A DNA stretch of 64,000 nucleotides from NCBI RefSeq assembly GCF_006345805.1, contig NC_043002.1, forward strand, positions 24,676,001 to 24,740,000, in the 5' to 3' direction. The position numbers and the translations under genes are program-made. This DNA is from Octopus sinensis. Lineage: Eukaryota. The notes under the pieces are model-generated. The model was not told where the DNA came from and made no database searches. It saw only the letters and a program-made list of their open reading frames with translations. How positions within the stretch are numbered: position 1 is the stretch's first letter; every line of letters begins with the position of its first letter. This document shows positions 25,995 to 38,403 of the stretch, in pieces.

Positions 25995-26681
25995 TTTGGG
26001 TGTATGTTTATATGCATGTGTATGTGTTAATGTATATACAAGTACTTTAATAAATATAAACACTTACATGATGTGTTTAGGTAAACGTGGCAATATGTTT
26101 ATTTGTTCCATACCATGGGTTTCATGTTGACTGCATGCAGCAAACAATGGAATATTTAAATGTAGCTTTACAAAGTAAATCATTTTGTACATGTCTCACT
26201 CACATGAGCTGAGGCACTCAGTCAGGACATGAGTGAGATAGCAGGTTTATGTCAGATATTGTTGCAGAATATAATAAATAATATTAAATAATAATTATTT
26301 TTATTATTGTTATTATTTCATTTCTTATTTTACTCTCTCTATTACCATCAGCTCACAGCCATAAACCTATTCCTTTTATCATATTTTGTTCTCTCTCATC
26401 ACTTTGCCTAAAATCACCACATTCTTGCTCTTTCTCTCCTCCTTTAGACCCTTCATTGTTGCAAGTTGTTTGGTGACCTCAATAGTTGTTTGGTGATACT
26501 CATGCACTGTAAAATGTTTGATGTTAGGAAGGGCGTCCAGCCACAAAGATCATGCCAAATCAGACATTAGGGTACAGTGCAGTGCAGTCCTTTAATTTGT
26601 TGGATCCTCTTGAACTGTCCAGCTCATGCCAGCATGGAGTAAGGACATTAAATGGTGATGATGGTGATGATGATGATAACG

Positions 26682-26759
<78 letters not shown>

Positions 26760-26998
26760 ATAATAATAATAATAATAAGGCAGCAAGTTGGCAGAATTGT
26801 TAGCATGCTGGACAAAATGCTTAGCAGAATTTTTCCTGAAATTATATTCTGATTTCAAATTCTGCTGAAATGATCTTTGACTTTCATCCTTCCAATCAAT
26901 CACTGGTATCACTTTAATCAACAATAGCCTTGCCCAAAATGTGTCCCTATGCCAACCAATGTTACTAATGAGTTAGTAATACTACTTGTTTATATACT

Positions 26999-27029
<31 letters not shown>

Positions 27030-27889
27030 CATCATCATCATCATCATCGTTTAATGTCCGTTTTCCATGCTAGCATGGGTTGGACATATATATATATAGC
27101 AAAAGTTCCAACCTTGCCTCTTGTGTTTGTAAAAAATAGAAAAATAAAATATACTCTATGCATGTAGTAGAGATTGTTCATTTATTCAAAACAGACTTCT
27201 TTTTGTTCTGAGCTTCACTGAGGTTCATAAATCTATTTTCCAGTGCTGCATGCGTGTGTCTTCATGTATGTATATACATATTCATAAATTTTATTTGTAC
27301 ACACACACACACCTAAGTTCTGATCTGTTACAGCTTCACTCCTGCAACAATGGTGTAATGGTACAGCTTGCTTCGACTATAGACCAACCTGTGATTCTGG
27401 AATGGCTTTACCTACCTGTTTGAAAGTTGTAGGAAGACATGAGTATTGTTGAATGAACCATATGTTCAATATTTACTAATTGCATGTATACAGTAAAGAG
27501 GGATAAGCTGTATTGTATAATCTTAATGGCATGGTCTGTTCAGGTTGTGTAGCAATGGTGGGATATCAAAATCAGTGCTGATGATTAGTAAAGCAATTTA
27601 TTATCTCAACAGCAAGCCTTTTATGGTAACAATATATATAGTCTCTTTGGACCATATCTCATTATTGTATTTTTTAAATTTATGTGGAAGGAATCTTAAC
27701 ATGCAACCATATATATATAGGAGGACTGCATCTCTATATAGACCCTAAAAATAACTGGGTGGACTGTAAACCCTTCTGGTCTGTATTAGTAGCTGTGTTA
27801 ACTACATCTCCTCCATTCTGTATATTATATTTACAGTTGATTGTTCAGATTAGTCAAGTTATGAATTTATTATTGTTGTTGTTGTTAAA

Positions 27890-28360
27890 GTGGTGAGCTG
27901 GCTGAATGATTAGTACACTAAACAAAATGCTTAGTGGCATTTCTTCTGGCTTCATGTCCTGAGTTCAAACATCATCAAGTTTGGCTTTACCTCTCATCCT
28001 TTTGGGGGTCGATAAAAATAAGTACTAATTAAGTATTGGGGGTGATGCAATCGAATTCCTCTTTCCCTCAAAGACTGCTGACCCTGTGCCAAAATTTTAA
28101 ACTAGATGTCTTGCAAACAGTCAAAATCTCTGCACACTGCATAAGGTGGTGAGCTGGTAGGATTGTTAGCATGCCAGAAAAAATGCTCAGTGATATTTCT
28201 TCTGGTTAGATGTTCTGAGTTCAAATGCTGCCAACAATGGCTTTACCTTTCATCCTTTCAGGGTCGGTAAAATAAGTACCAGTTGAGCACTGATGTCAAT
28301 GTAATCAATTACTCCTTCCTCCAATATTGATGGCCTTGTGCTAAAATTTGAAACCATTAT
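27890..28360 (+). mobile_element. two tandem SINE family B copies
   Basis: GGTGAGCTGG...GAGTTCAAA heads at ~27891 and ~28146, each ending GTGC(C/T)AAAATTT. Confidence 0.75.
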
Positions 28361-29406
28361 TAATGTTGTAGTTGTTTCATTAGTATGGCAGGCTGCCTCT
28401 TCATACAAAGTAATTTAGCAAATCATGTTGTCTGTCTTGTGGGAAGTCCCCTATGTATAATTATGTTTGCAATAATGTATCTAACTGTATGTGCCTACAT
28501 ATCTATATGTGTGTATATAAATACATTCATAGATATAGATAGATTTACATATGTATACTTCATAATGTTGTCACTATTCTATCTCATCTGTTTCCCTCTC
28601 ACTTTCTCTTTTATACTCATACATACAACTATATCTTATATATAATTATTATACATTATAAATATATACTACTAATATGTACATATATTTGTGTATGTGT
28701 GTTTGCACATATATGTGTGCATGTGTGTGTTAGATATCTGTGCTTTTGTAACTAATAATAAAAGATATAATCATTGAATTGGTAGAATCACTATAGTCTT
28801 GCAGCATTTAGCTACATCTTTTTTACAATCTAAGCTCAGAATCTACCCAAGTTTAATTTTGCATTCAGTCCTTCTGGGGGCAATAAAATAGAATACCAGT
28901 CATACAGTGAGGTCAATATAATCAACTATGCCCCTTGCCCAACTTATTTGACCATATGTCTATTTGAAAACCAATATTCAATACAAAAGTTGTGTCTTCT
29001 AAAATCTGGTCTCTTTTCTTAGGGTTTATCTTTTCTGGTAAAACTTATTTTGTCCCACTTAAAAGGAAAAGAAAACAAAAAAAATCACATAATCAAATCC
29101 TTCTCTGCCAACCAAGAAAGTTCTGAGACAAGAACAATGAAAATAAAAATAAAGAATGAGGAAAAGGAAACAATTTCTTCAGAATTTTACTTCTTATTTT
29201 TTATTTTGACACCTTTTTAAATGGTTTAAATACTTACTTCACACCATGTCATAGAATGTGGAGGATTTGCAGTGCCTGGAATGGCAGAGTAATGGTATAT
29301 TAAATGTTGAACTGTTCGATATGTATGACAAGGTAGAAACTCTGTGAATGAATTTCATCTAACCCATGTAAGCATCGAAAAGTGGATGTTAAAACGAAGA
29401 GATGTA

Positions 29407-29675
29407 CAGTGGAACCTTGGTTTACAAATTTAATTCCTTCCTGAAGGTCGTTCATCACCCGAAATGTTTGTAAATTATTTCTTCCATAGGAAATTCAAGA
29501 GAGGTAACAACGAATTTGAGCAGAAGTGTGCACTGAGCGAAAGCTAGACATCATCTGATGCTCTTTGGCTGATATCCCCAACTTGTTGCTGGCTTCAGTG
29601 TTCATTACTGGAGACAGCATTTGGCATCCAAGAAATTTATATTCGTAAGACTATTTGTAAACTGACATCCCACTG
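29407..29675. mobile_element. MITE, pogo/Tigger-like
   Basis: TIRs CAGTGGAACCTTGGTTTACAAAT / ATTTGTAAACTGACATCCCACTG, TA on left. Confidence 0.65.
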
Positions 29676-29991
29676 TGTATATGAGTGAATGCATATGAAC
29701 GGTACTTCAGAAATACTGATATTCGTGGCAACTAGATGGCTGAATCCATGATTAGTCAGTTGATCATCTCTATATCTCTCAACTGTGTAGTGCAAGGGGC
29801 ATAACTCTTAGTATAAGACTACCATATTTTCAATATTTATGTAATGATATCTATTATATATATATATATATATATCATCATCATCATCGTTTAGCGTCCG
29901 TTTTCCATGCTAGCATGGGTTGGACGGTTCTACTGGGGTCTGTGAAGCCAGAAGGCTTCATCAGGCCCAGTCAAATCTATATATATATATA

Positions 29992-30747
29992 ATGATATAT
30001 ATTATATATATATATAACGTAAGGTGTACTCGCCATCTGAATGTGGCTAGCCATTGGGGGTGGGGTGTTACTGATGCTTTTAGCCCCAGGCGATCAACGT
30101 CACCAGAAGGACTTTAGACACTATCTCAGTGCCCTTGTGTTATTTGCAAAGGGAGGTCATCCTCCCTCGAAGACCTAGGTACTACATACGGACTATAGTT
30201 TCAAGGTAATTGCCTCTCGTCAACGCATGGTAAGCACCGGTCTTCGATGAAGGAGTCCCCTTGCAAATAAATATATAACGTTTTTCACAGCAACCACTGT
30301 CACTGATTTAGAAAAACTGTCTGAAAACAATAATAAATCTCTGAACGAGATATAAACAGTAACCGCTCGACAACGTAAGGTGTATTCGCCATCTGAATGT
30401 GGCTAGCCATTGGGGGTGGGGTGTTACTGATGCTTTTAGCCCCAGGCGATCAACGTCACCAGAAGGTGACTCCTTGCAAGGGGGCTCCTTCATCAAAGAC
30501 CGGTGCTTAACATGCGTTGACGAGAGGCAATTACCTTGAAACTATAGTCCGTATGTAGTACCTAGGTCTTCGAGGGAGGATGACCTCCCTTTGCAAATAA
30601 CACAAGGGCACTGAGATAGTGTCTAAAGTCCTTCTTGTGACGTTGATCGCCTGGGGCTAAAAGCATCAGTAACACCCCACCCCCAATGGCTAGCCACATT
30701 CAGATGGCGAGTACACCTTACGTTATATATATATATAATATATATCA
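29992..30747. repeat. inverted-repeat element: ~275-bp arms with an internal third copy of the outer 95 bp
   Basis: 29992-30266 is the reverse complement of 30474-30747 (about 4 mismatches); 30372-30466 is a direct copy of 30016-30110. Confidence 0.9.
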
Positions 30748-30748
30748 T

Positions 30749-30945
30749 CTTGGGCAAGTGTCTTCTGCTATAGCCCCGGGCCGACCAATGCCTTGTGAGT
30801 GGATTTGGTAGACGGAAACTGAAAGAAGCCTGTCGTATATATGTATATATATAAATATGTATGTGTGTGTGTGTTTGTGTGTCTGTGTTTGTCCCCCTAG
30901 CATTGCTTGACAACCGATGCTGGTGTGTTTACATCTCCGTCACTT
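30749..30945 (+). mobile_element. SINE family A, truncated at both ends
   Basis: Begins mid-element at CTTGGGCAAGTGTC. Confidence 0.85.
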
Positions 30946-30959
30946 ATATATATATATAT

Positions 30960-31369
30960 ACTCTTTACTCTTTTACTTGTTTCAGTCATTTGAATGCAGC
31001 CATGCTGGAGCAGAGCCTTTAGTCACACAAATCAACCCCAGGACTTATTCTTTGTAAACCTAGTACTTATTCTATCAGTCTCTTTTGCCGAACTGCTAAG
31101 TTACAGGGACGCAAATACACCACCATCGGTTGTTCAGTGATGTGGGGATGAACATAGACACACAAGCATACACACGCATACATATATACACGTATATACA
31201 CATATATGAGAGGCTTCTTTCAGTTTCTGTCTCTCAAATCCATACACAAGTCTTTGGTCGGCCTGAGGCTATAGTAGAAGACACTTGCCCAAGGTGCCAC
31301 GCAGTGGGAATGAACCCGGAACCATGTGGTTGGTAGCCAAGCTTCTTACCACACAGCCACTCCTGCACC
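30960..31369 (-). mobile_element. SINE family A
   Basis: Full reverse-complement copy. Confidence 0.9.
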
Positions 31370-31421
31370 TAATGATATATATATATATATATATATGTTT
31401 GTATATATATATATATATATA

Positions 31422-31607
31422 TATAAAATATTATTCGAGACAAAACCACTATTTTGCAAAACAAACAAGGAAAGACTTAATCAATACATAAAATTTTAAT
31501 AAATAGTCAAACATATATATATATATTTATTAAAATTTTATGTATTGATTAAGTCTTTCCTTGTTTGTTTTGCAAAATAGTGGTTTTGTCTCGAATAATA
31601 TTTTATA
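31422..31607. repeat. perfect 84-bp inverted repeat with 18-nt loop
   Basis: 31422-31505 equals the reverse complement of 31524-31607. Confidence 0.9.
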
Positions 31608-31713
31608 ATATTTTACTATAAAATCGATTTAATCATAAATCTGATTTTTTTCCCTGTAAATTTGGATTTATTCCCTAATATTTATTATTTATATATATAT
31701 ATATATATATGTT

Positions 31714-31747
<34 letters not shown>

Positions 31748-31796
31748 TGTATATATATATATATATATATGTTTGTATATATATATGTTTGTATAT

Positions 31797-32210
31797 CTCT
31801 TTTTACTCTTTTACTCTTTTACTTGTTTCAGTCATTTGACTGCGGCCATGCTGGAGCACCGCCTTTAGTCGAGCAACTCGACTCCGGGACTTATTCTTTT
31901 TGTAAGACCAGTACTTATTCTATCGATCTCTTTTTGCCAAACCGCTAAGTGACGGGGACATAAACACACCAGCATCGGTTGTCAAGCAATGCTAGGGAGA
32001 CAAACGCACACACACAAACACACACACATACATATATATATATACATATATACGACAGGCTTCTTTCAGTTTCCGTCTACCAAATCCACTCACAAGGCAT
32101 TGGTCGGCCCGGGGCTATAGCAGAAGACACTTGCCCAAGATGCCACGCAGTGGGACTGAACCCGGAACCATGTGGTTTGTTAGCAAGCTACTTACCACAC
32201 AGCCACTCCT
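31797..32210 (-). mobile_element. SINE family A (young-looking copy)
   Basis: Full reverse-complement copy; shares diagnostic bases with the 30749 and 59908 copies. Confidence 0.9.
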
Positions 32211-32283
32211 ATATATATGTTTGTATATATATCTATATATATGTTTGTATATATATATATGTTTGTATATATATATATATGTT

Positions 32284-32321
<38 letters not shown>

Positions 32322-32351
32322 TGTACATATATATATATATATATATATGTT

Positions 32352-32424
<73 letters not shown>

Positions 32425-32426
32425 TG

Positions 32427-32457
<31 letters not shown>

Positions 32458-32462
32458 GTTTG

Positions 32463-32522
<60 letters not shown>

Positions 32523-32685
32523 TGTATGTATATATATATATATATATATGTTGTATGTATATATATATATATATATGTTTGTATGTATATATATATATAT
32601 ATATATATGTTTTATGTATATATATATATATATGTTTATATATATATATATATATATGTTTATATATATATATATATATATATAT

Positions 32686-32746
<61 letters not shown>

Positions 32747-32795
32747 ATATATATATGTTTGTATATATATATATGTTTGTATATATATATGTTTG

Positions 32796-32840
<45 letters not shown>

Positions 32841-32892
32841 TGTATATATATATATGTTTGTATATATATATATGTTTGTATATATATATGTT

Positions 32893-32964
<72 letters not shown>

Positions 32965-32966
32965 TG

Positions 32967-32997
<31 letters not shown>

Positions 32998-33022
32998 TTG
33001 TATATATATATATATATGTGTT

Positions 33023-33065
<43 letters not shown>
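32211..33065. repeat. (TA)n satellite punctuated by TGTTTG/TGTTG
   Basis: Direct; the YI-repeat ORFs are artefacts. Confidence 0.97.
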
Positions 33066-35240
33066 TAAATGAGGATGCAAATGAGGATGGAGGATGCAAA
33101 GAGAGAGGTTTGGAGATGCCACTATGAAAGGTTGCTGAATGAAGAAAATGAATGGGATAAAGAGAGTCTGCCGAATGTTGACCCAACAGAGGGACCAGCT
33201 ATCCGAGTTGATAGTTCCGTGGTAGCTAAGGCAATTAGAAGCATGTAGACAGGGAAAGCCCCAGGCCCATCAGGAATCACTGCAGAGATGCTCAAAATGT
33301 CTGGTAGCGTCGGCTATAGCCTAGTCACCCGTATAGTTAATCAGGTGATACACAAAGGGGTCATACCCAATGACTGGTGTAGCAGTATAATAGTCAACTG
33401 CTACAAAGGTAAAGGTAATGCCCTAGATACAAATAACTACAGAGGTATCAAGCTGTTGGACCAGGTGATGAAGGTTACGGAGAGGGTCATAGCCCAACTA
33501 ATTAGAGAGAGAGTTAGTTTAGATGAGATGCAGTTTGGGTTTGTGCCAGGGAAAAGTACTACTGATGCTATATTCCTGGTAAGGCAGCTGCAGGAGAAAT
33601 ACCTAGCCAAAGATAAGCCCCTGTACCTGGCTTTGTTGACATGGAGAAAGCCTTCGACAGGGTCCCCCGATCCCTTATCTGGTGGGCAATGAGGAAACTA
33701 GGGATAGATGAATGGTTAGTGAGAGCTGTGCGGGCCATGTATAGGGACGCCGCTAGTAGGGTGAGGGTTGGAAATGAGTACAGTGAAGAATTCCGGGTAG
33801 AGGTAGGGGTCCACCAAGGCTCAGTACTCAGCCCCCTCCTATTTATCATAGTCCTCCAGGCAATAACGGAGGAATTCAAGACAGGATGCCCTTGGGAGCT
33901 CCTCTATGCTGATGACCTTGCTCTAATTGCTGAGTCGCTATCAGAACTGGAGAAGAAGTTTCAGGTGTGGAAACAAGGATTAGAATCGAAGGGCCTCAGA
34001 GTCAATCTAGCTAAAACCAAAGTCGTAATCAGTAGGAAGGTAGACAAATCACAAACACCTTCAGGTAGATGGCCCTGCTCGATCTGTAGAAAAGGTGTAG
34101 GTAGAAACTCTATAAGATGCACCAAGTGTAAGCTATGGACACATAAGAGATGCAGCAATGTCAAAGGAAGGCTAACTAGGAAGATGGTTTTTGTATGTGG
34201 CAGATGCTCAGGAACAATAAACACTGAAAATGCTCTGAGACCAACTTCCGTCACTTTCCAGGGAGAAAAACTAGAAATAGTTGATAGTTTCCGTTACCTA
34301 GGTGACCAAGTCAGCAGCGGGGGCGGGTGTGCTGAAAGTGTAACTGCTAGAGTAAGAATAGCTTGGGCAAAGTTCAGAGAGCTCTTACCTCTGCTGATGA
34401 CAAAAGGCCTCTCGCACAGAGTGAAAGGCAGACTGTATGATGCGTGTGTACGAACAGCCATGCTACATGGCAGTGAAACATGGGCCGTGACTGCTGAGGA
34501 TATGCGTAAGCTCGCTAGAAATGAAGCCAGTATGCTCCGATGGATGTGTAATGCCGGTACTCACACTCGGCAGAGTGTAAGTACCTTGAGAGAAAAACTG
34601 GACCTAAGAAGCATCAGTTGTGGTGTGCAAGAGAGACGTTTGCGCTGGTATGGTCATGTGGCGAGAATGGATGAAGATAGTTGTGTGAAAAAGTGCCACA
34701 CCCTAGCGGTTGAGGGAACCTGTGGAAGAGGCAGACCCAGGAAAACCTGGGACGAGGTGGTGAAGCACGACCTTCGAACTTTAGGTCTCACTGAGGAAAT
34801 GACTAGAGACCGAGACCTCTGGAAGTGTGCTGTGCGCGAGAAGACCCGGCAGGACAAGTGAGTCCATAACCCGTGGCCTTCTACATGGGATGGAGCCAGC
34901 CTACGTATGCATACCTTCCCTTCTTGGGACACAAAACTCTACTTGTGAAGACGTGTTGAGGCAAGTGAGGATCAGAATCGAAATCGATCAATGGAAATTG
35001 CGGATGTGCTACCAGTGCCGGTGGCATGTCGAAACTCTGCTTGTGAAGACCCGTTGAGGCAAGTGAGGATCAGAATCGAAATCGATCAATGGAAATCGAG
35101 CAATGGAAATTGCAGATGTGTTACCAGTGCCGGTGGCATGTAAGAGAACTTTCCGTTTCGCGACCGTTGCCAGCACCGCCCCGTTTCGTGTCCGTTGCCA
35201 GCCTGGCCTGGCCCTCATGCCGGTGGCACATAAAAAGCAT
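33066..35240 (+). mobile_element. RTE-clade LINE, 5'-truncated (RT with PHD-type finger), 3' UTR with ~98-bp tandem duplication
   Basis: KAPGPSG, NYRGIKLL, QFGFVPG, (D)MEKAFDRVP, GVHQGSVLSPLLF, LLYADD, RLRWYGHV, GRGRPRKTW; stop at ~33246 and frameshift at ~33635. Confidence 0.95.
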
Positions 35241-37970
35241 GAGAGAGTTCGATGCAGCTGCCCTCACCTGCCCCTCCTACCGTGAAGTTGGTTCATCTGG
35301 GACACCTGACAGGAAGAGATCCAGCTTCATTTTAAAGACATCTGCATCCACCCCATGCAGGTCTCTCAGGTTCTTCAGAAAGTCATGAAGCCATTCTCCC
35401 AGTTTTCCAACTATGTTGAGATCACGCAGTTTGTGACATATCATTCCATGATCGACTTTATCAAAGGCCTTTGCAAAGTCGAGATATATCACTTCCACAT
35501 TTGAGTGGTTGAGCAGCCGTTTCAGCACCCAGTCATAGTGTTGTAGGAGCTGAGTTAAACAGCTTCTCCCTGGTCGGAAACCATGTTGGGTGTCGGGCAG
35601 CAAGTCATTCTCTTCAAGGAAGGTGATCAGCTTCCTTCTGACTATTCGTTCCATGACCTTGCTGATGTGTGAGGTCAGAGAGATAGGTCTGTAGTTCTTG
35701 GCTTCCGCTCTGCTACCTCCTTTATGAATGGGGCATATTTTACCTTCCTTCAGTTTTCTTGGAAGTTTGCCAGCTGCAAGGAAGCTCTGAAAGAGGAACT
35801 GCAGTGGTCTTGCTAGGACTCTCTTACATGCTTTTAGGAGGATTGCCTTTTAGGAGGATTGCCGGGAATCCATCGGGGCCAGTAGCTGAGTCTGTTTTCA
35901 TTTCATCTATAGCCTTGATTACATCGTCTTCCTTTATATCGATGTAATCTATCGTCGCCGCCTCTGATTTTATATCTGCAGTGGTAAAAAAGTCAGTTGG
36001 ATTGGTGATTTGGAGATGCCCAAGGGGTGGAGTGAAAACACTCTTGAATTGCTCATTCAGTATTTCACTTACCCTCATTGGTTTTCCTGTAAGTGTGCCA
36101 TCCTTTTCAAGGAGTGGCCCTATTCTACAGTGCACCGTAGCTGTTTCTTTGGCATACCTATAGAAAGCTCTGGGGTTAGATTTTATGTTGTCTATAGCCC
36201 AGGCTTCTTTGTCTGCTCTTTCTTTTTCATGGGAGAGTTGCAGACATTTTTCGATTTCCAACAGTTTTATTTTTAGGCGGGACTTTTCACTGCTTTCAAT
36301 CTGTTTGTTTAGGCGATTTGAAAATTTTGTACGCCGTCTCATTAAAATTTTCCTCTCTCTGGGGATTTTGTTCTTGTGTACAGTGGCCTTTTTCTCTAGG
36401 ACACATTTGTAGCATATGGCTTGCATTACAGACATGAATTGTTGAAGTTTCACGTCGATGTCTGGCGAGGAGAGACATTTAGGCCAGTTTTGTTTGAGGA
36501 TCTCTTTCTCAATTTGTTTCCAGTTTGCCTTATGGTAGTTCAAGCTGGAAAGATTTTGAGGGTTTCTTGTAGGCTGCATGTCCGTGCTCTCTTTTGGCCC
36601 GTACATGGTCAGCTCTATCATGTTGTGATCCGAGAGTAGTGTCGGTGTCACTTTCACATTATGGATGAGATCCATGTCATTTGTGAAGAGGAGATCCAGT
36701 GTGTTACCTGCCCTGGTTGGTTGGAGTATTACCTGCTCCATGTACAGGGTGTTGATGAGGTTCAGGAGGGACCTCGCCTGTCCTCGTTCACATCTTGTCA
36801 TTCCTGGGAGAGAAAGGCCTTCGGGCCATCTGACATTGGGCAGATTGAAGTCTCCCATAAGAAGTACACTTATGTGTTGTTCTAATGTGGTTAGAACTTC
36901 TATTTTTATAAGGCAGTCTTCAAACTTGCCCACATGGCTTGGGGCATCTGGAGGGCGATATGTAGCACACACAACTACATCAAGTTGCCTAATATGTACA
37001 ATTAGTGTGTCACACACCGAGTTTGAGTATGACAAGAGGACCTGGGGTGTGAGGTCCTCACGGATGTACATAGCAACACCTCCATGACTCCTTTCTTTTC
37101 TGTCGGTCCGTAGTACAGCATACTGTGGTATGTGTAACTCCGCATCTGCTATGTCCGGTTTCAGGTGCGTTTCCGTAAGTGCTATGCATAAGGCTTGATT
37201 GCATGCAACAAAGTCTCTCAGGAACGGGATTTAGTCCTGTTACTGAGTGTTTGCAGCCCTCTGATGTTCAGTAGGAGCATCGAGGTGAGGTGTACGTTGT
37301 TGCCGGCGGTGTCCATCCTGGGTCTGTTTGCTGTGGTGGTCTTGTATATAGTGGGTAGTCCCACCTGCGGGCTTGGGTTTGATGAAGCCAGGTCAGCTGC
37401 TGTACAATCTTTTGTGCCATGCACAAAAAAGATTGTTGCTCAGCAGCTGCCCTTTCGACAACATCATGTTGGCGGTTTGTGGCACGCACAACATCTGCGT
37501 ACCTCCGCTTTGGGGCAGGTGGTGCGTGGTCCATCCCTTTTCCTTGTGTTGATGGTTTGTCCATCTGCCTTGTGTCTCTGTGGCAGGGTCCCCGATGTGC
37601 AAAGCGGCAGCCTGCACCTTCTTTTCCATGCCAGCAGGAACCTCTCAGGTAGAACCTACACACCCGTGTGCGCTGTTTGTTTCCATCTTTTGCAGTTCCA
37701 CTTCTATTCCTGGTTGTTTCACCCTTTGGTCCTGCTTCAGCTTTTCCTTTAGCTCTCCCAGTCCTTCTTTTAGTTCTTCCTCCTCCCTCTACCTCTTCAC
37801 CGGGTTCTCCGTCTCCGTGGCCCTTGCTGCTGGTTGGAGAACTTGCACCTGGGTTCACTTCCCGGGCAGGTTTCTCACTCAAAACCTCCTCCCGGGCGTC
37901 CACCAGGTGGGGGTGACTTCTTTCATCGTCTCCATTCTTGCCATCTTTGCCCCGCTCGTTCTCAAAGATG
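35241..37970 (-). mobile_element. CR1/L2-like LINE #1: CCCH ORF1, APE, internally deleted RT
   Basis: ORF1 [22 protein letters not shown]; APE LLNIRGL, LTETHL, TYRPPD, MGDFNLP, LDLLF; RT QHGFRPGRSC, YLDFAKAFDKVDH; YADD region missing. Confidence 0.92.
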
Positions 37971-37974
37971 GCAC

Positions 37975-38025
37975 ATATATATATATATATATATGTTTGT
38001 ATATATATATATATATATATGTTTG

Positions 38026-38060
<35 letters not shown>

Positions 38061-38090
38061 TGTATATATATATATATATATATATATGTT

Positions 38091-38142
<52 letters not shown>

Positions 38143-38212
38143 TGTATATATATATATATATGTTTGTATATATATATATATATATGTTTGTGTGTATATA
38201 TATATATATGTT

Positions 38213-38252
<40 letters not shown>

Positions 38253-38370
38253 TGTATATATATATATATATATATGTTTGTATATATATATATATATATA
38301 TATATTATTATATATATATATATATATATGTTTGTATATATATATTTATATATATATATATATATATGTT

Positions 38371-38400
<30 letters not shown>
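37975..38400. repeat. (TA)n-TGTTTG satellite block
   Basis: Same unit as 32211-33065. Confidence 0.97.

Positions 38401-38403
<3 letters not shown>

Noticed and set aside
30130-30180. HDV-like ribozyme in the inverted-repeat arm (GGGAGG-TCAT-CCTCCC)
   Set aside because: Only a simple hairpin; the nested double pseudoknot could not be built.
31979-33127. Long YI/IY/VC-repeat ORFs (also 37580-38503, 45395-46887)
   Set aside because: Translations of (TA)n/(TG)n microsatellite, which lacks stop codons.
35225-37979. TGGCACATA at both ends of LINE #1 as a possible TSD
   Set aside because: The left copy is internal native RTE sequence followed by more RTE bases, and the right copy merges into the TA array; likely coincidence.
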